Source of the DNA: an uncultured Kiloniellaceae bacterium
GTDB lineage: Bacteria > Actinomycetota > Acidimicrobiia > Spongiisociales > UBA11373
Direction of reading: 5' to 3'
NCBI GenBank assembly: GCA_964194935.1
Contig: CAXMOL010000106.1
Span: 2,058-66,057 of the forward strand
Length of the DNA stretch: 64,000 nucleotides
Shown here: positions 25,997 to 34,817 of the stretch, one piece after another
Numbering within the stretch: the first letter of the stretch is position 1
How the letters are laid out: every line of letters begins with the position of its first letter
Notes under the pieces: generated by a model
What the model saw: only the letters and a program-made list of their open reading frames with translations
What the model was told of the DNA's origin: nothing
Database searches by the model: none
Translations under genes and position numbers: made by a program

Positions 25997-27873
25997 AGCG
26001 AGCGCTCGCTGTCGCGGCTTTTGTCGCGCTGCTGAGCGCCCTCGCAATTCCGGCTGCGTTGGCGAAGTCGTTTCGGATCACAAACGCTCGTGTCATCGTC
26101 GGTGTCCACGACGACGGCTCGGTCACCGTCGCCGAGCATTTGACCTTTTCGTTCGACGGAACCTTTCAGGGCGCGTATCGCGATATTCCGATCCGGCCCG
26201 GCGAGGTTATGACCAACATCGAGGTCTCTGAGAACGCGGTCGCATACACCTCTGGTGCTCCTACGGCACTCGGATCGACCGGTGAGCCTGGTACCTATGG
26301 AGTCGAAAACCTTGGTTCGAGGGTTCGGGTGGTGTGGCATTACCGCGCTACCGACGAAAGGCGAACCTTTACCGTCACCTACCGCATGCAAGGCCTTGCC
26401 GTTGCCTATGACGACATCGTCGACGTAAACCTGAAGGTGTGGGGAGACGAGTGGGATTTCGCTCTCAACGCGGTAGAGGCTGAGATGCTGCTGCCTGATG
26501 GCGCCGGCTCTGGCGATGTTCGGGTGTGGGGCCATCCGGCCTCTGTAGATGGAGTAACCGACCTCGGGTCCGACGGAGTCTCTCCGACACTGGTGGCGAC
26601 GGATGTTCCGAATCGGCAATTCGTAGAATTCCGGGTCACCTTTCCTCGCTCGCTACTCACTTCTACCGAGGGGGCCTCGGTAGTGCGAGGAGTCGGTCTG
26701 CAGAGCGTTCTAGCCGAGGAGGCCGCGCTCGAGGTCCGCGCTGTGGACGACGCTGCGAATGCTGCTCATTTCGTGCACGAACGCAACATCACGTTGCTCA
26801 CGCTGCTGCTCTTCTTGGTGCCGATACCGCTTGTCTACCTGTGGGGATTTCGGCGCTACGGCAAGGAACCACGTATCGAATACGACCAGGACTATGAGCA
26901 TTCCATACCGACAGCCCACCGCCCTGCTGTCGTGGGTGCGATGGTTTCGCAGGGGGCGGCCGATGAGGCCGAATTCACGGCGACCCTTTTCGATCTGATT
27001 CGGCGTGGCGTGTTCGTAGCGGAGCCGACGTCGGTCGAGCACCGCACCTGGGGAGGGCTGAAGAGCGAAACCGTGTCGGATCTCGAGATCGGTCTTGGCG
27101 ACACCGAGCAATCCCTGAAGGCCTACGAGCGGTCAGTGGTGACTGTCGTAACCCGCGTCGTGGCCGACGGTCCGCAGCCGCTGATGGAGTTTCGCAAGAA
27201 GATTCGAGAGGATGCAGCCGAGAACGCCACTACCTATCGCTCGTTTCGCGAGAAGGTTGAACAGGCTGTGACATCCGCCGGCCTTTTGGAGCCGGTCTCG
27301 CGTTTTAGCGGGCCAGGAACCATCTTCGTCACCTTTATCGCGCTTGGCTTGATCGGGTGGTTTGTGGCTGCGCCCATCGTTGATTCAGTTATCGAGTCGA
27401 TCGACTTGTTTCTCCTCCGATTCGGGATCGTCGTGCTCGGTGTGTTCTCCCTGGTATTGACATTGTTATTGGCGGCGCGTCGTTCGATCTGGGTGCGCCG
27501 GACAACACAAGGCGCACTGGCCAATGCCAGGTGGCTCGCCTTTAAGCGCTATCTGGAGGACTTCAGCCGACTCCAGGAGGCGCCGCCGATGTCCCTCGTC
27601 CTATGGGAGGACTACCTGGTGTACGGCATTGCCCTCGGAGTCGCCGAGGATGTCCTGGAGGCCGCTCGGCTGGGTGCACCAGAGGAGGTGCACACCAGCA
27701 ACCTCTATTGGTATGGAACCCATGGATACGGGGGCCATTCATCAAACGCCATTTCCGGCATCGCAAGTGCACTGAACGGCGCCTTTGCCCCACCGTCCTC
27801 GTCGGGCGGCGGCGGTGGTTTCTCGGGCGGCGGCGGTGGCGGCGGCGGTGGCGGTGGCGGAGGTGCTTGGTAG
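25993..27873 (+). CDS. DUF2207-family membrane protein (LemA partner) with a C-terminal poly-glycine tail
   Basis: In-frame upstream extension from the 26059 TTG gives a signal peptide LKRALAVAAFVALLSALAIPAALA (start probably CTG 25993 or TTG 26059). Extracellular domain, TM helices near residues 240 and 430-470, and a C-terminal SSSGGGGGFSGGGGGGGGGGGGG typical of DUF2207. It overlaps the LemA stop. Confidence 0.65.
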   Translation: MKRALAVAAFVALLSALAIPAALAKSFRITNARVIVGVHDDGSVTVAEHLTFSFDGTFQGAYRDIPIRPGEVMTNIEVSENAVAYTSGAPTALGSTGEPGTYGVENLGSRVRVVWHYRATDERRTFTVTYRMQGLAVAYDDIVDVNLKVWGDEWDFALNAVEAEMLLPDGAGSGDVRVWGHPASVDGVTDLGSDGVSPTLVATDVPNRQFVEFRVTFPRSLLTSTEGASVVRGVGLQSVLAEEAALEVRAVDDAANAAHFVHERNITLLTLLLFLVPIPLVYLWGFRRYGKEPRIEYDQDYEHSIPTAHRPAVVGAMVSQGAADEAEFTATLFDLIRRGVFVAEPTSVEHRTWGGLKSETVSDLEIGLGDTEQSLKAYERSVVTVVTRVVADGPQPLMEFRKKIREDAAENATTYRSFREKVEQAVTSAGLLEPVSRFSGPGTIFVTFIALGLIGWFVAAPIVDSVIESIDLFLLRFGIVVLGVFSLVLTLLLAARRSIWVRRTTQGALANARWLAFKRYLEDFSRLQEAPPMSLVLWEDYLVYGIALGVAEDVLEAARLGAPEEVHTSNLYWYGTHGYGGHSSNAISGIASALNGAFAPPSSSGGGGGFSGGGGGGGGGGGGGAW

Positions 27874-27934
27874 GCCCGTCGGAGTCGAACCGAAGCCTCG
27901 GTACCATCTCTCGCCCCGAACCCGAGGACCCGTC

Positions 27935-29020
27935 GTGACCGATCTAGCCGAGCTTCGCAAGGCCGTGGACAGCGTCGTCGATCCGTCCCTGCGGCGGAAC
28001 CTGGCCGAACTGGGGATGGTCCGCGAGGTCGTTGTTGAAGACTCGACGGCACGGGTGGGTGTCGCGGTGCCGACACCGGTCTGGCCTGTTCAGGTACTAG
28101 GCGAGAAGATCGCCGCTGCCGTAAAGGAATTCGACGACATAGGCGATGTCGCCGTCGATATCGCGATCATGACCGAAGCCGATGTTGCCGCGCTAGCGGC
28201 GCGGCTCAAAGACGAGGGCACAGCTGGTGGACCTGGTTCAAGAACGAGGGTGATTGCTGTTGCCTCGGGCAAGGGAGGGGTCGGCAAGTCCTCGGTGACC
28301 GCCAACACTGCGGTAGCGCTGGCGGCACTTGGGCACGACGTCGGAGTCATCGACGCAGATGTCTGGGGTTACTCCATCCCCAAGATGCTCGGAATCACCG
28401 ATCCGCCCACCGCCTTGGGCGACTTGATCATTGCACCCGCTGCCCACGGAGTACGGGCGATCTCGATGGACTACTTCGTTGGTGAGGACCAGGCAGTCGT
28501 TTGGCGTGGCCCGATGCTGCACAAGGCGCTCGAGCAGTTCCTCAACGACGTCTGGTGGGACGAACCGGAGTATCTGTTGATCGATATGCCGCCGGGGACC
28601 GGAGATGTCGCGATTTCAATTTCTCAGTTTCTCCCGAGATCGCAGGCGATCGTGGTCACCACCCCGCAGCCCACCGCACAGCGGGTCGCCAAGCGTGCAG
28701 CCGAGATGGCGGCCAAGGTGAACCAGGACGTATTGGGTGTAGTTGAAAACATGTCGTGGTTTGCAGGCGATGACGGCAAGCGATACCCGATCTTTGGAAG
28801 TGGCGGTGGAGCAGAGCTGGCCGAGGAGTTGGGGGTTCCTTTGCTGGGGAGCATTCCGCTGGTCACCGCCCTGCGCGAAGGCGCCGACCGAGGCGAACCG
28901 GTGTACGTGGCAAGCCCGGACTCTGAGGCGGCAGCAGCATTCGATGCGATTGCGAGCGCAATCGAGGCCTCGCGGCCCCGGGTCCGCACCCATCCCGACC
29001 TGGTGATCAAGAGCGACTGA
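27935..29020 (+). CDS. Mrp/ApbC/NBP35-family Fe-S cluster carrier ATPase with an N-terminal DUF59 (MIP18) domain
   Basis: ...VIAVASGKGGVGKSSVTAN... (deviant Walker A), CxxC-type motif region, N-terminal DUF59. The start is chosen at the in-frame GTG 27935; the upstream 50 codons are Ala/Arg low complexity that overlaps DUF2207. Confidence 0.85.
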   Translation: MTDLAELRKAVDSVVDPSLRRNLAELGMVREVVVEDSTARVGVAVPTPVWPVQVLGEKIAAAVKEFDDIGDVAVDIAIMTEADVAALAARLKDEGTAGGPGSRTRVIAVASGKGGVGKSSVTANTAVALAALGHDVGVIDADVWGYSIPKMLGITDPPTALGDLIIAPAAHGVRAISMDYFVGEDQAVVWRGPMLHKALEQFLNDVWWDEPEYLLIDMPPGTGDVAISISQFLPRSQAIVVTTPQPTAQRVAKRAAEMAAKVNQDVLGVVENMSWFAGDDGKRYPIFGSGGGAELAEELGVPLLGSIPLVTALREGADRGEPVYVASPDSEAAAAFDAIASAIEASRPRVRTHPDLVIKSD

Positions 29021-29028
29021 AGTAGCCG

Positions 29029-29271
29029 TCAGTCGGAGGTCTCGGCTCCGCGTAGCGTCGACATGATTTCCTTGCATGTCGGGCAAATCGGGTAGCGGTC
29101 GGGATCCCGGTTGGGAATCCACTTCTTGCCGCAGAGCGCCATCACTTCCATGCCCTCGACGTTGCTGCGCACGATGTCTGCCTTGCGCACGTAGTGGGCG
29201 AAGCGGTCGTGATCTCCATTGCCGTGATCAAGGCGCTTGTCCGTCTCGGTTCGGGTCGTAGTCTCGGTCAC
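29029..29271 (-). CDS. DUF3039 domain protein
   Basis: ...DHDRFAHYVRKADIVRSNVEGMEVMALCGKKWIPNRDPDRYPICPTCKEIMSTL is the actinobacterial DUF3039 signature with a CxxC zinc-ribbon-like end. The start is uncertain: GTG 29271 or ATG 29331. Confidence 0.6.
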   Translation of the reverse strand: MTETTTRTETDKRLDHGNGDHDRFAHYVRKADIVRSNVEGMEVMALCGKKWIPNRDPDRYPICPTCKEIMSTLRGAETSD

Positions 29272-29329
29272 GGGACCGAGACTACGACGAAGGCTCGATC
29301 GCAGCGAGTGCCGGCCTACTATGCGCGCC

Positions 29330-29566
29330 ATGAGTGACTCCACCACCGTCCAGGTCAAGATTGGCGTGACCTTTGCGCCGCGAGAGATCGAATTAGAGAT
29401 CGAAGACGTCGATGCCTTCGTCTCCGACTTCGAAGCTGCAATGGCGAGCGAGTCGCAGGTGTGGTGGATCACCGACCTCGATGGCCGCCGGCGGGGCCTG
29501 GTCGTCGACAAGGTCTCCTATGTGGACATCGAGGCGGAGCGGGACCGCACCATCGGTTTCGGATAG
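29330..29566 (+). CDS. DUF3107 domain protein
   Basis: 78 aa. MSDSTTVQVKIGVTFAPREIELEIEDVDAF...VDKVSYVDIEAERDRTIGFG matches the small conserved actinobacterial DUF3107 family. Confidence 0.6.
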   Translation: MSDSTTVQVKIGVTFAPREIELEIEDVDAFVSDFEAAMASESQVWWITDLDGRRRGLVVDKVSYVDIEAERDRTIGFG

Positions 29567-29583
29567 CGAGTCTTCAATGAAGG

Positions 29584-29609
29584 AAGCCTCGCCGAGTGGC
29601 GAGGCCTCA
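29584..29609. terminator. Candidate bidirectional intrinsic terminator hairpin between convergent DUF3107 and whiB
   Basis: gaaGCCTCGCCgagtGGCGAGGCctc gives an 8-bp perfect GC-rich stem with a 4-nt loop, flanked by a U-rich tract on the plus strand (tcattcgattc) and an A/T-containing tract on the minus side. Confidence 0.45.
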
Positions 29610-29649
29610 TTCGATTCGGGATTCCCCCCGGTTGAAGTACGTCGGTGCG

Positions 29650-29916
29650 CTAGGAAGCGCGACGACGCCGCTCAGCGAGCCAGCGCTTGCGAAGTCGCCT
29701 GCGCTCGTCCTCTGCGTAGGCACCCCATACCCCGGCTTCCTGGTTGGTCTCCAGGGCGTAGTTCAGGCACTCCTCTTGGACTGAGCATGTCGAACAAATC
29801 TCCTTAGCGGACTCGATCTGATCGACGGCTGGACCGGTGGTCCCGATCGGGAAGAAAAGACCCGGCTCCGAATAACGGCAGGCCGAGAGTTCTCTCCAAT
29901 CGGTGATAGTCAGCAT
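29650..29916 (-). CDS. WhiB-family transcriptional regulator (Fe-S)
   Basis: 88 aa from the ATG at 29916 (MLTITDWRELSACRYSEPGLFFP...CSTCSVQEECLNYALE...GVWGAYAEDERRRL) with four conserved Cys and a C-terminal basic tail. Confidence 0.85.
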   Translation of the reverse strand: MLTITDWRELSACRYSEPGLFFPIGTTGPAVDQIESAKEICSTCSVQEECLNYALETNQEAGVWGAYAEDERRRLRKRWLAERRRRAS

Positions 29917-30112
29917 TGGTTTCTTTCTGTCTTTGCGTAACGAAACGGCCTTGAATGTGAATGCATTCACAAGCCGCCCAGCAACGATAGGTGCAGTGGT
30001 GCGGAGGGTCAAGCAGTTTTTTGAAACCCGACTCCGAATCGATCGTCAAATTCATGCTCCCCACGACAGATTCGCAGGAACAATGCCGTTCTGCGGTTAC
30101 GATTTCGTCGTT

Positions 30113-30577
30113 ATGTCTATCCACGACGAGCTCATCGAGGAGCTCAAAGATGCCATGCGGGCCCAAGACAGGCGTCGTCTCGACGTCATTCGACAGGTCG
30201 AAACGGAGGTGTCGCGCTCCCGTTCCGAGAAGGGCTTTAGCGGTGATCCGCAAAGTGACGAGCTGTATGCAAATGTGATCGCCGCCTATGTGAAGAAGAT
30301 GGATAAGGCCCGCGAGGAATTCGTCGCCGCCGGCGAGCGTGGTGTCGAACAGGCGGAGAAACTGGCATACGAGGTCGAATACCTCGATCGCTGGGTTGCG
30401 AGGTCGCTCTCCGAGACCGAGACGGCGGAGGTGGTCCGGGTGGCGATCATGGAACTAAAGGCGAGCGATCCGAAGCAGATGGGCCAGGTGATCGGGCACA
30501 TTATGAAGAATGGCCCCGGCGGGATGGATGGAGCCGTGGTGAGCCGCCTTGTAAGGGAAACACTCGAAGCCGGGTAA
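30113..30577 (+). CDS. GatB/YqeY domain protein
   Basis: 154 aa from the internal ATG at 30113 (MSIHDELIEELKDAMRAQDRRRLDVIRQ...) with full-length similarity to the YqeY family. Confidence 0.8.
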   Translation: MSIHDELIEELKDAMRAQDRRRLDVIRQVETEVSRSRSEKGFSGDPQSDELYANVIAAYVKKMDKAREEFVAAGERGVEQAEKLAYEVEYLDRWVARSLSETETAEVVRVAIMELKASDPKQMGQVIGHIMKNGPGGMDGAVVSRLVRETLEAG

Positions 30578-30682
30578 CCCAGTGTGTTGACCCGGCGGCC
30601 AGTTTTGTCGCAATCGCCGTTCCCCGGTGGGCCCGGTCGGAAATACGGAACCAGCTAGGTTTGCCGCAGCAGGAGGGGAACT

Positions 30683-32965
30683 ATGACTCGGCGTCTCACG
30701 CTGACCAATTGGGGTGCCTACGAAGTCGAGACCGACGGTCACGACATCACGGCCGTGCATCCATTCGCCAAGGACCCTGATCCATCACCGATCGGGCAGT
30801 CGATGAAGGCTGTACGCAAGAGTCGGGTAGAACGTCCGGCGATCCGCGAGTCCTGGTATCGAAATGGTCCTGGATCCAACCCGGAACGTCGCGGTCAAGA
30901 GCCTTTTGTAGAGGTCGAGTGGGATGTCGCCTTGGACATGCTCGCTGCGGAGCTGGAAAGGGTGCGTTCCGAGTACGGGAATCAGGCGATCTTCGGCGGC
31001 AGCTACGGCTGGGCCAGTGCCGGCCGATTCCACCATGCCCTGAGCCAGATCCACCGCTTTCTGAACTCGATCGGTGGCTATACCTACTCGGTCGATGACT
31101 ACTCGATCGCCGCCGGCCACGTGATAGTCCCTCATGTCTTTGGGTTCTCGTTGAACGACATATTGGACGAGCAACCTCATTTCAGAGAGATCGCAGAGAA
31201 CACTGAGTTGATGGTGGCCTTCGGAGGTCTGCCGATAAAGAACAGCCAGGTGAGTTACGGAGGCCAAGGTCGTCACATGTTTGCTGGCTACCTCGAAAAC
31301 TGTCGCGATCGTGGAGTCAAGTTCGTAAACGTCTCTCCCTTGCGCGAGGACGTGATGGATGCTGTCGAGGCCGAGTGGATACCGGTAAGGCCGAGCACGG
31401 ATACCGCCGTCATGCTCGGGATCGCACACAGTCTCCTTCTCGCCGGAGATCAGGACGAGGAGTTTCTCAGCACCTATTGCATCGGGTGGGATCGCCTCCG
31501 TGCCTATATCTTGGGAGAGTCGGATGGCACGCCCAAGACGGCCGAATGGGCCGGCGAGATCTCAGGCGTCGATCCGGAGCGGATCATGTCGCTTGCTTCC
31601 GATATGGCGCGGGCGCGGACCCTCATCACCGTTAGCTGGTCGGTGCAACGAATCGACCATGGGGAACAGACGTATTGGATGGCCGCGGCGCTGGCCGCGA
31701 TGCTCGGTCAGATTGGCCTCCCCGGAGGTGGGATCGGCTACGGCTATGGAGCGGTCGGGTTGAATGGGCACGCGGTCGGCTATCACGATCTCCCGAGGCT
31801 CGCTCAGGGCAAGAACGATGTCTCCGACTTCATCCCGGTGGCGAGGATTTCAGACCTCCTGCTTCATGGCGGTGAGGAGTTCGACTACAACGGCATGCGC
31901 CTTACCTACCCGGAGACGCGACTGGTCTATTGGGCCGGAGGCAACCCGTTCCACCATCATCAGGATCTCAACCGACTGGCCGAGGCCTGGCAGACCCCGG
32001 ACACCATCGTCTGTCACGAGCCTTTCTGGAATGCCCTTGCTCGGAATTCCGACATTGTGCTCCCCGCAACGACCCCGCTGGAGCGGGACGATGTAGGGGG
32101 TAGCGGAAATGATGACTGGATCTTCTGGATGGAGAAGGTGATCGAACCGGTAGAACAGGCACGGGACGACTTCGACATATTCGCCGACCTGGCAGAGCGT
32201 CTTGGTGCGGGAGAGAGATTTACGGAGGGACGAACGTCTGCCGAGTGGATCGAGCATCTCTACGACAGATTCCACTCCCGTCATCCTGACTACCCCTCGT
32301 TGCAGGAGTTGCAGGAGACAGGTCACTTCCAGATTCCCGAGGAGTTGGTCCCGCCGCTTCCATCGCAGCTCGTTGCGTTCAGGAATGATCCGGTCGGCTC
32401 CGCACTAAAGACACCCTCAGGTCGGATCGAGTTGTACTCCGAGACCATCGAAGGGTTCGGCTATGAGGACTGTCCGCCTCATCCGTCATGGCTTGAACCG
32501 TATGAATGGCTCGGCAGTGTGGGCCGGTATCCCCTCCATCTGATTTCCAACCAGCCCAAGACCCGTCTCCACTCCCAGTGGGACCATGGCGAGACGAGTC
32601 TGAATGGCAAGGTCGATGGCAGAGAACAGATCGGTCTAACCCCGAAGGATGCGAAAGCCCGAGATCTCGGGGCGGGGGATCTAGTTCGGGTGTTCAATGA
32701 TCGAGGTGCTTGTCTGGCTTCGGTCACCATTCGGGATGACCTGATCGAAGGCGTGGTCCAGCTCCCGACCGGGGCGTGGTGGGATCCAGTTGAGCCGGGA
32801 GGCTTGTGCCGAGCGGGGAACCCCAATGTCCTCACCCGTGACGTAGGAACCTCGTCGTTGGCCCAAGGCCCCACCGCACACACGTGCTTGGTCGAGGTCG
32901 AGGCTTTCACGGGAGAGGCTCCTGCCGTACGTGCTCACGACCACCCGCAGCTTCTCGCCGACTAG
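30683..32965 (+). CDS. Molybdopterin (bis-MGD) oxidoreductase of the DMSO-reductase family, cytoplasmic BisC-like (biotin/methionine sulfoxide reductase-like)
   Basis: 760 aa, no twin-arginine signal, no N-terminal Fe-S Cys cluster. Conserved molybdopterin-binding segments (GGSYGWASAGRFHHA..., ...VVCHEPFWNALARNSDIVLPATTPLER..., C-terminal ...PNVLT...) as in BisC/TorZ. Confidence 0.8.
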   Translation: MTRRLTLTNWGAYEVETDGHDITAVHPFAKDPDPSPIGQSMKAVRKSRVERPAIRESWYRNGPGSNPERRGQEPFVEVEWDVALDMLAAELERVRSEYGNQAIFGGSYGWASAGRFHHALSQIHRFLNSIGGYTYSVDDYSIAAGHVIVPHVFGFSLNDILDEQPHFREIAENTELMVAFGGLPIKNSQVSYGGQGRHMFAGYLENCRDRGVKFVNVSPLREDVMDAVEAEWIPVRPSTDTAVMLGIAHSLLLAGDQDEEFLSTYCIGWDRLRAYILGESDGTPKTAEWAGEISGVDPERIMSLASDMARARTLITVSWSVQRIDHGEQTYWMAAALAAMLGQIGLPGGGIGYGYGAVGLNGHAVGYHDLPRLAQGKNDVSDFIPVARISDLLLHGGEEFDYNGMRLTYPETRLVYWAGGNPFHHHQDLNRLAEAWQTPDTIVCHEPFWNALARNSDIVLPATTPLERDDVGGSGNDDWIFWMEKVIEPVEQARDDFDIFADLAERLGAGERFTEGRTSAEWIEHLYDRFHSRHPDYPSLQELQETGHFQIPEELVPPLPSQLVAFRNDPVGSALKTPSGRIELYSETIEGFGYEDCPPHPSWLEPYEWLGSVGRYPLHLISNQPKTRLHSQWDHGETSLNGKVDGREQIGLTPKDAKARDLGAGDLVRVFNDRGACLASVTIRDDLIEGVVQLPTGAWWDPVEPGGLCRAGNPNVLTRDVGTSSLAQGPTAHTCLVEVEAFTGEAPAVRAHDHPQLLAD

Positions 32966-33030
32966 ATCGGTGATCGCCGAGGTGGTCGTCTGGGACTTCA
33001 CACCGTGAGGGAGTACTCAGCACTCAGGTC

Positions 33031-33046
33031 TGAAGACTGAAGACTG
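33031..33046. repeat. Tandem heptamer repeat (TGAAGAC)x2, the reverse complement of CAGTCTT, between convergent Mo-oxidoreductase and ku
   Basis: ...ggtcTGAAGACTGAAGACTGtgg...; the reverse complement CAGTCTTCAGTCTTCAGACC matches the arrays at 50854 and 63957. It is preceded by tACTCAGcACTCAG. Confidence 0.75.
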
Positions 33047-33056
33047 TGGACTTCTT

Positions 33057-33845
33057 CTAGCCGGCCTTGCGCTTGGCCTTGGTGGCCTCGACGCTGGCTT
33101 TTAGCGCTTCCATGAGGTCGACGACGCCGGTTGGCTGTGGCGCACTCTGTGGCCCGACGATCTCCTCGCCCTCCATTTTGCGCTTGGCAAGTTCCTCGAC
33201 CGCCTCACGGGATTCGTCCACCCATTCCTCTGGATCAAATGGTGTGGTGAGGTTGTCGATGATCATTTCGGCCATCTTCAATTCCTGATCGCTTACTTCG
33301 GTCTCAGCCTCCAGCTCTTCGAAAGCCGGTTCGCGGATCTCATCCGGCCAGTACATCGTTTCCATAACGATGACGCCTTCCTCGGCGCGAAGCGTCGCTG
33401 GGTATTCGCGCTCTCGGATTGCCACTCTGGCGAGGCCGACCATGTCTCGTTCGGCGAGGGCACTCACGAGGATTTTGTACGCCTTTACGCCGGTCTGTTC
33501 AGGAGCGAGGAAGTACGAGGCGCGGTAGTAGATGGGATCGATCTCTTCGGACTTGACGAACTGGATCACATCGACCAGCCCGGAGCCCTTGGTCCGTAGC
33601 GCCTGGGCCAACTCCTCGTCGGTGAACACCACGTAGCGGTCCTTTTCGATCTCGTAGCCCTTCACGATGTTCTCAAACGCGACTTCCTCGCCGTCGCTCT
33701 CGGCGACCCGCTTGTAGCGGACGCGAGCGTGATCGCCGTCTCGCAACTGGCGAAACTTTGGCCGCTTGTTCTCGGTAGCCGTATAGAGGCCGACCGGGAT
33801 CGTCACCAGGCCAAAGGAAATGGCACCCTTCCAGATCGGTCGCAT
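33057..33845 (-). CDS. ku: Ku protein (non-homologous end-joining DNA-end-binding protein)
   Basis: 262 aa from ATG 33845: MRPIWKGAISFGLVTIPVGLYTATE... is the canonical bacterial Ku N-terminus, with a C-terminal Lys-rich tail. The upstream 79 codons of the tracked ORF are unlikely to be coding. Confidence 0.9.
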   Translation of the reverse strand: MRPIWKGAISFGLVTIPVGLYTATENKRPKFRQLRDGDHARVRYKRVAESDGEEVAFENIVKGYEIEKDRYVVFTDEELAQALRTKGSGLVDVIQFVKSEEIDPIYYRASYFLAPEQTGVKAYKILVSALAERDMVGLARVAIREREYPATLRAEEGVIVMETMYWPDEIREPAFEELEAETEVSDQELKMAEMIIDNLTTPFDPEEWVDESREAVEELAKRKMEGEEIVGPQSAPQPTGVVDLMEALKASVEATKAKRKAG

Positions 33846-33977
33846 CGTGGATCTCCGAATCGTGAAGGCTCGGATGATACGCGTCAAGACCACTCTGATA
33901 CGGTTCCGCCTTCGCGACCCGGAGACCACTTGGACACCACGGTTCCCGCACTCGACGGCTCCGCGCCGCCGCAGACG

Positions 33978-34706
33978 ATGGATCGCAAGACGCTGATTGT
34001 CTTCGTTTCGGCGACACTGTTGATGGTCGTATTCAACTATTGGGGCCTGCCTTCTCGATTTGCCGGCACCAGCTTCCATCAAGGAGTCGCCGACAGACTC
34101 GGCGAGGGATATAGCGCCTACTTCTTGTTGTTGCCGTACCAGTACTGGGGTGTTTCCAGCTTGGTCATCAGGGTCGTTGCCCCGCTGGCGGTGATCACGA
34201 TCATCCTCCGAGAATCACCACGCGATTGGGGTTTTCGCCTCAGTGGACAGTGGGAGCACCTACGTCCCTATGTGTGGTTCTTGGCTGCGATGGTCCCGGT
34301 CTTGTTCTTGGCGTCTTCGCTCGGAGCGTTCCAGGCGAAGTATCCGCTCTATTCGTTTGCCGTCGAAGGCGGGTGGCATTTCTGGGGTTACCAACTGTTC
34401 TATGGAATGCAGTTCCTCGGGTTGGAAGCGTTTTTCCGGGGTTTCCTGGTGTTCGGGCTGTATCCGCGGCTCGGCGTTTACGCGGTCCCGGTCATGGTGA
34501 TCCCGTACACGATGATCCACTTCGGCAAGCCGGCTCCCGAGACGTTTGCGGCCGTAATCGCCGGATTCATCCTTGGCTATCTGGCGCTCAAGTCGCGTTC
34601 GTTCCTCTGGGGATGGATGCTCCACTGGGGGGTGGCGATCACGATGGACCTGCTTGTGATCGGCCGTGAATTCGGCTTTGGCAACATACGCCGAATCATC
34701 TTCTAG
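33978..34706 (+). CDS. CPBP-family intramembrane metalloprotease (CAAX protease / Abi)
   Basis: Multi-TM protein with EExxxR-type motif 1 (GLEAFFRGFLVFGL) and later conserved His motifs (...IHFG..., ...HWG...). The start is chosen at ATG 33978. Confidence 0.8.
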   Translation: MDRKTLIVFVSATLLMVVFNYWGLPSRFAGTSFHQGVADRLGEGYSAYFLLLPYQYWGVSSLVIRVVAPLAVITIILRESPRDWGFRLSGQWEHLRPYVWFLAAMVPVLFLASSLGAFQAKYPLYSFAVEGGWHFWGYQLFYGMQFLGLEAFFRGFLVFGLYPRLGVYAVPVMVIPYTMIHFGKPAPETFAAVIAGFILGYLALKSRSFLWGWMLHWGVAITMDLLVIGREFGFGNIRRIIF

Positions 34707-34817
34707 CTGCGGCTGAGATCGGCCAGCCCCTCGGCTTGCTGGCTCCAGATGTGTGTGATCAAGAGGATTGGTGGGTCGGCGCTGACCGACCGGGTCCGAC
34801 CGGGTAGCGTCTCGATC

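Noticed and set aside
26059-26061. TTG at 26059 (the start in the six-frame track) as the start of the DUF2207 gene
   Set aside because: The in-frame upstream extension encodes a textbook signal peptide (LKRALAVAAFVALLSALAIPAALA), so translation more likely initiates at or near 25993. This is kept as an uncertainty and is not a firm rejection.
33014-33046. Interpretation of the ACTCAG...CTGAAGAC region as a hairpin terminator
   Set aside because: The reverse-complement alignment of the two halves gives only about 7/11 matches, so a stable stem is not supported. It is better described as a heptamer repeat array.
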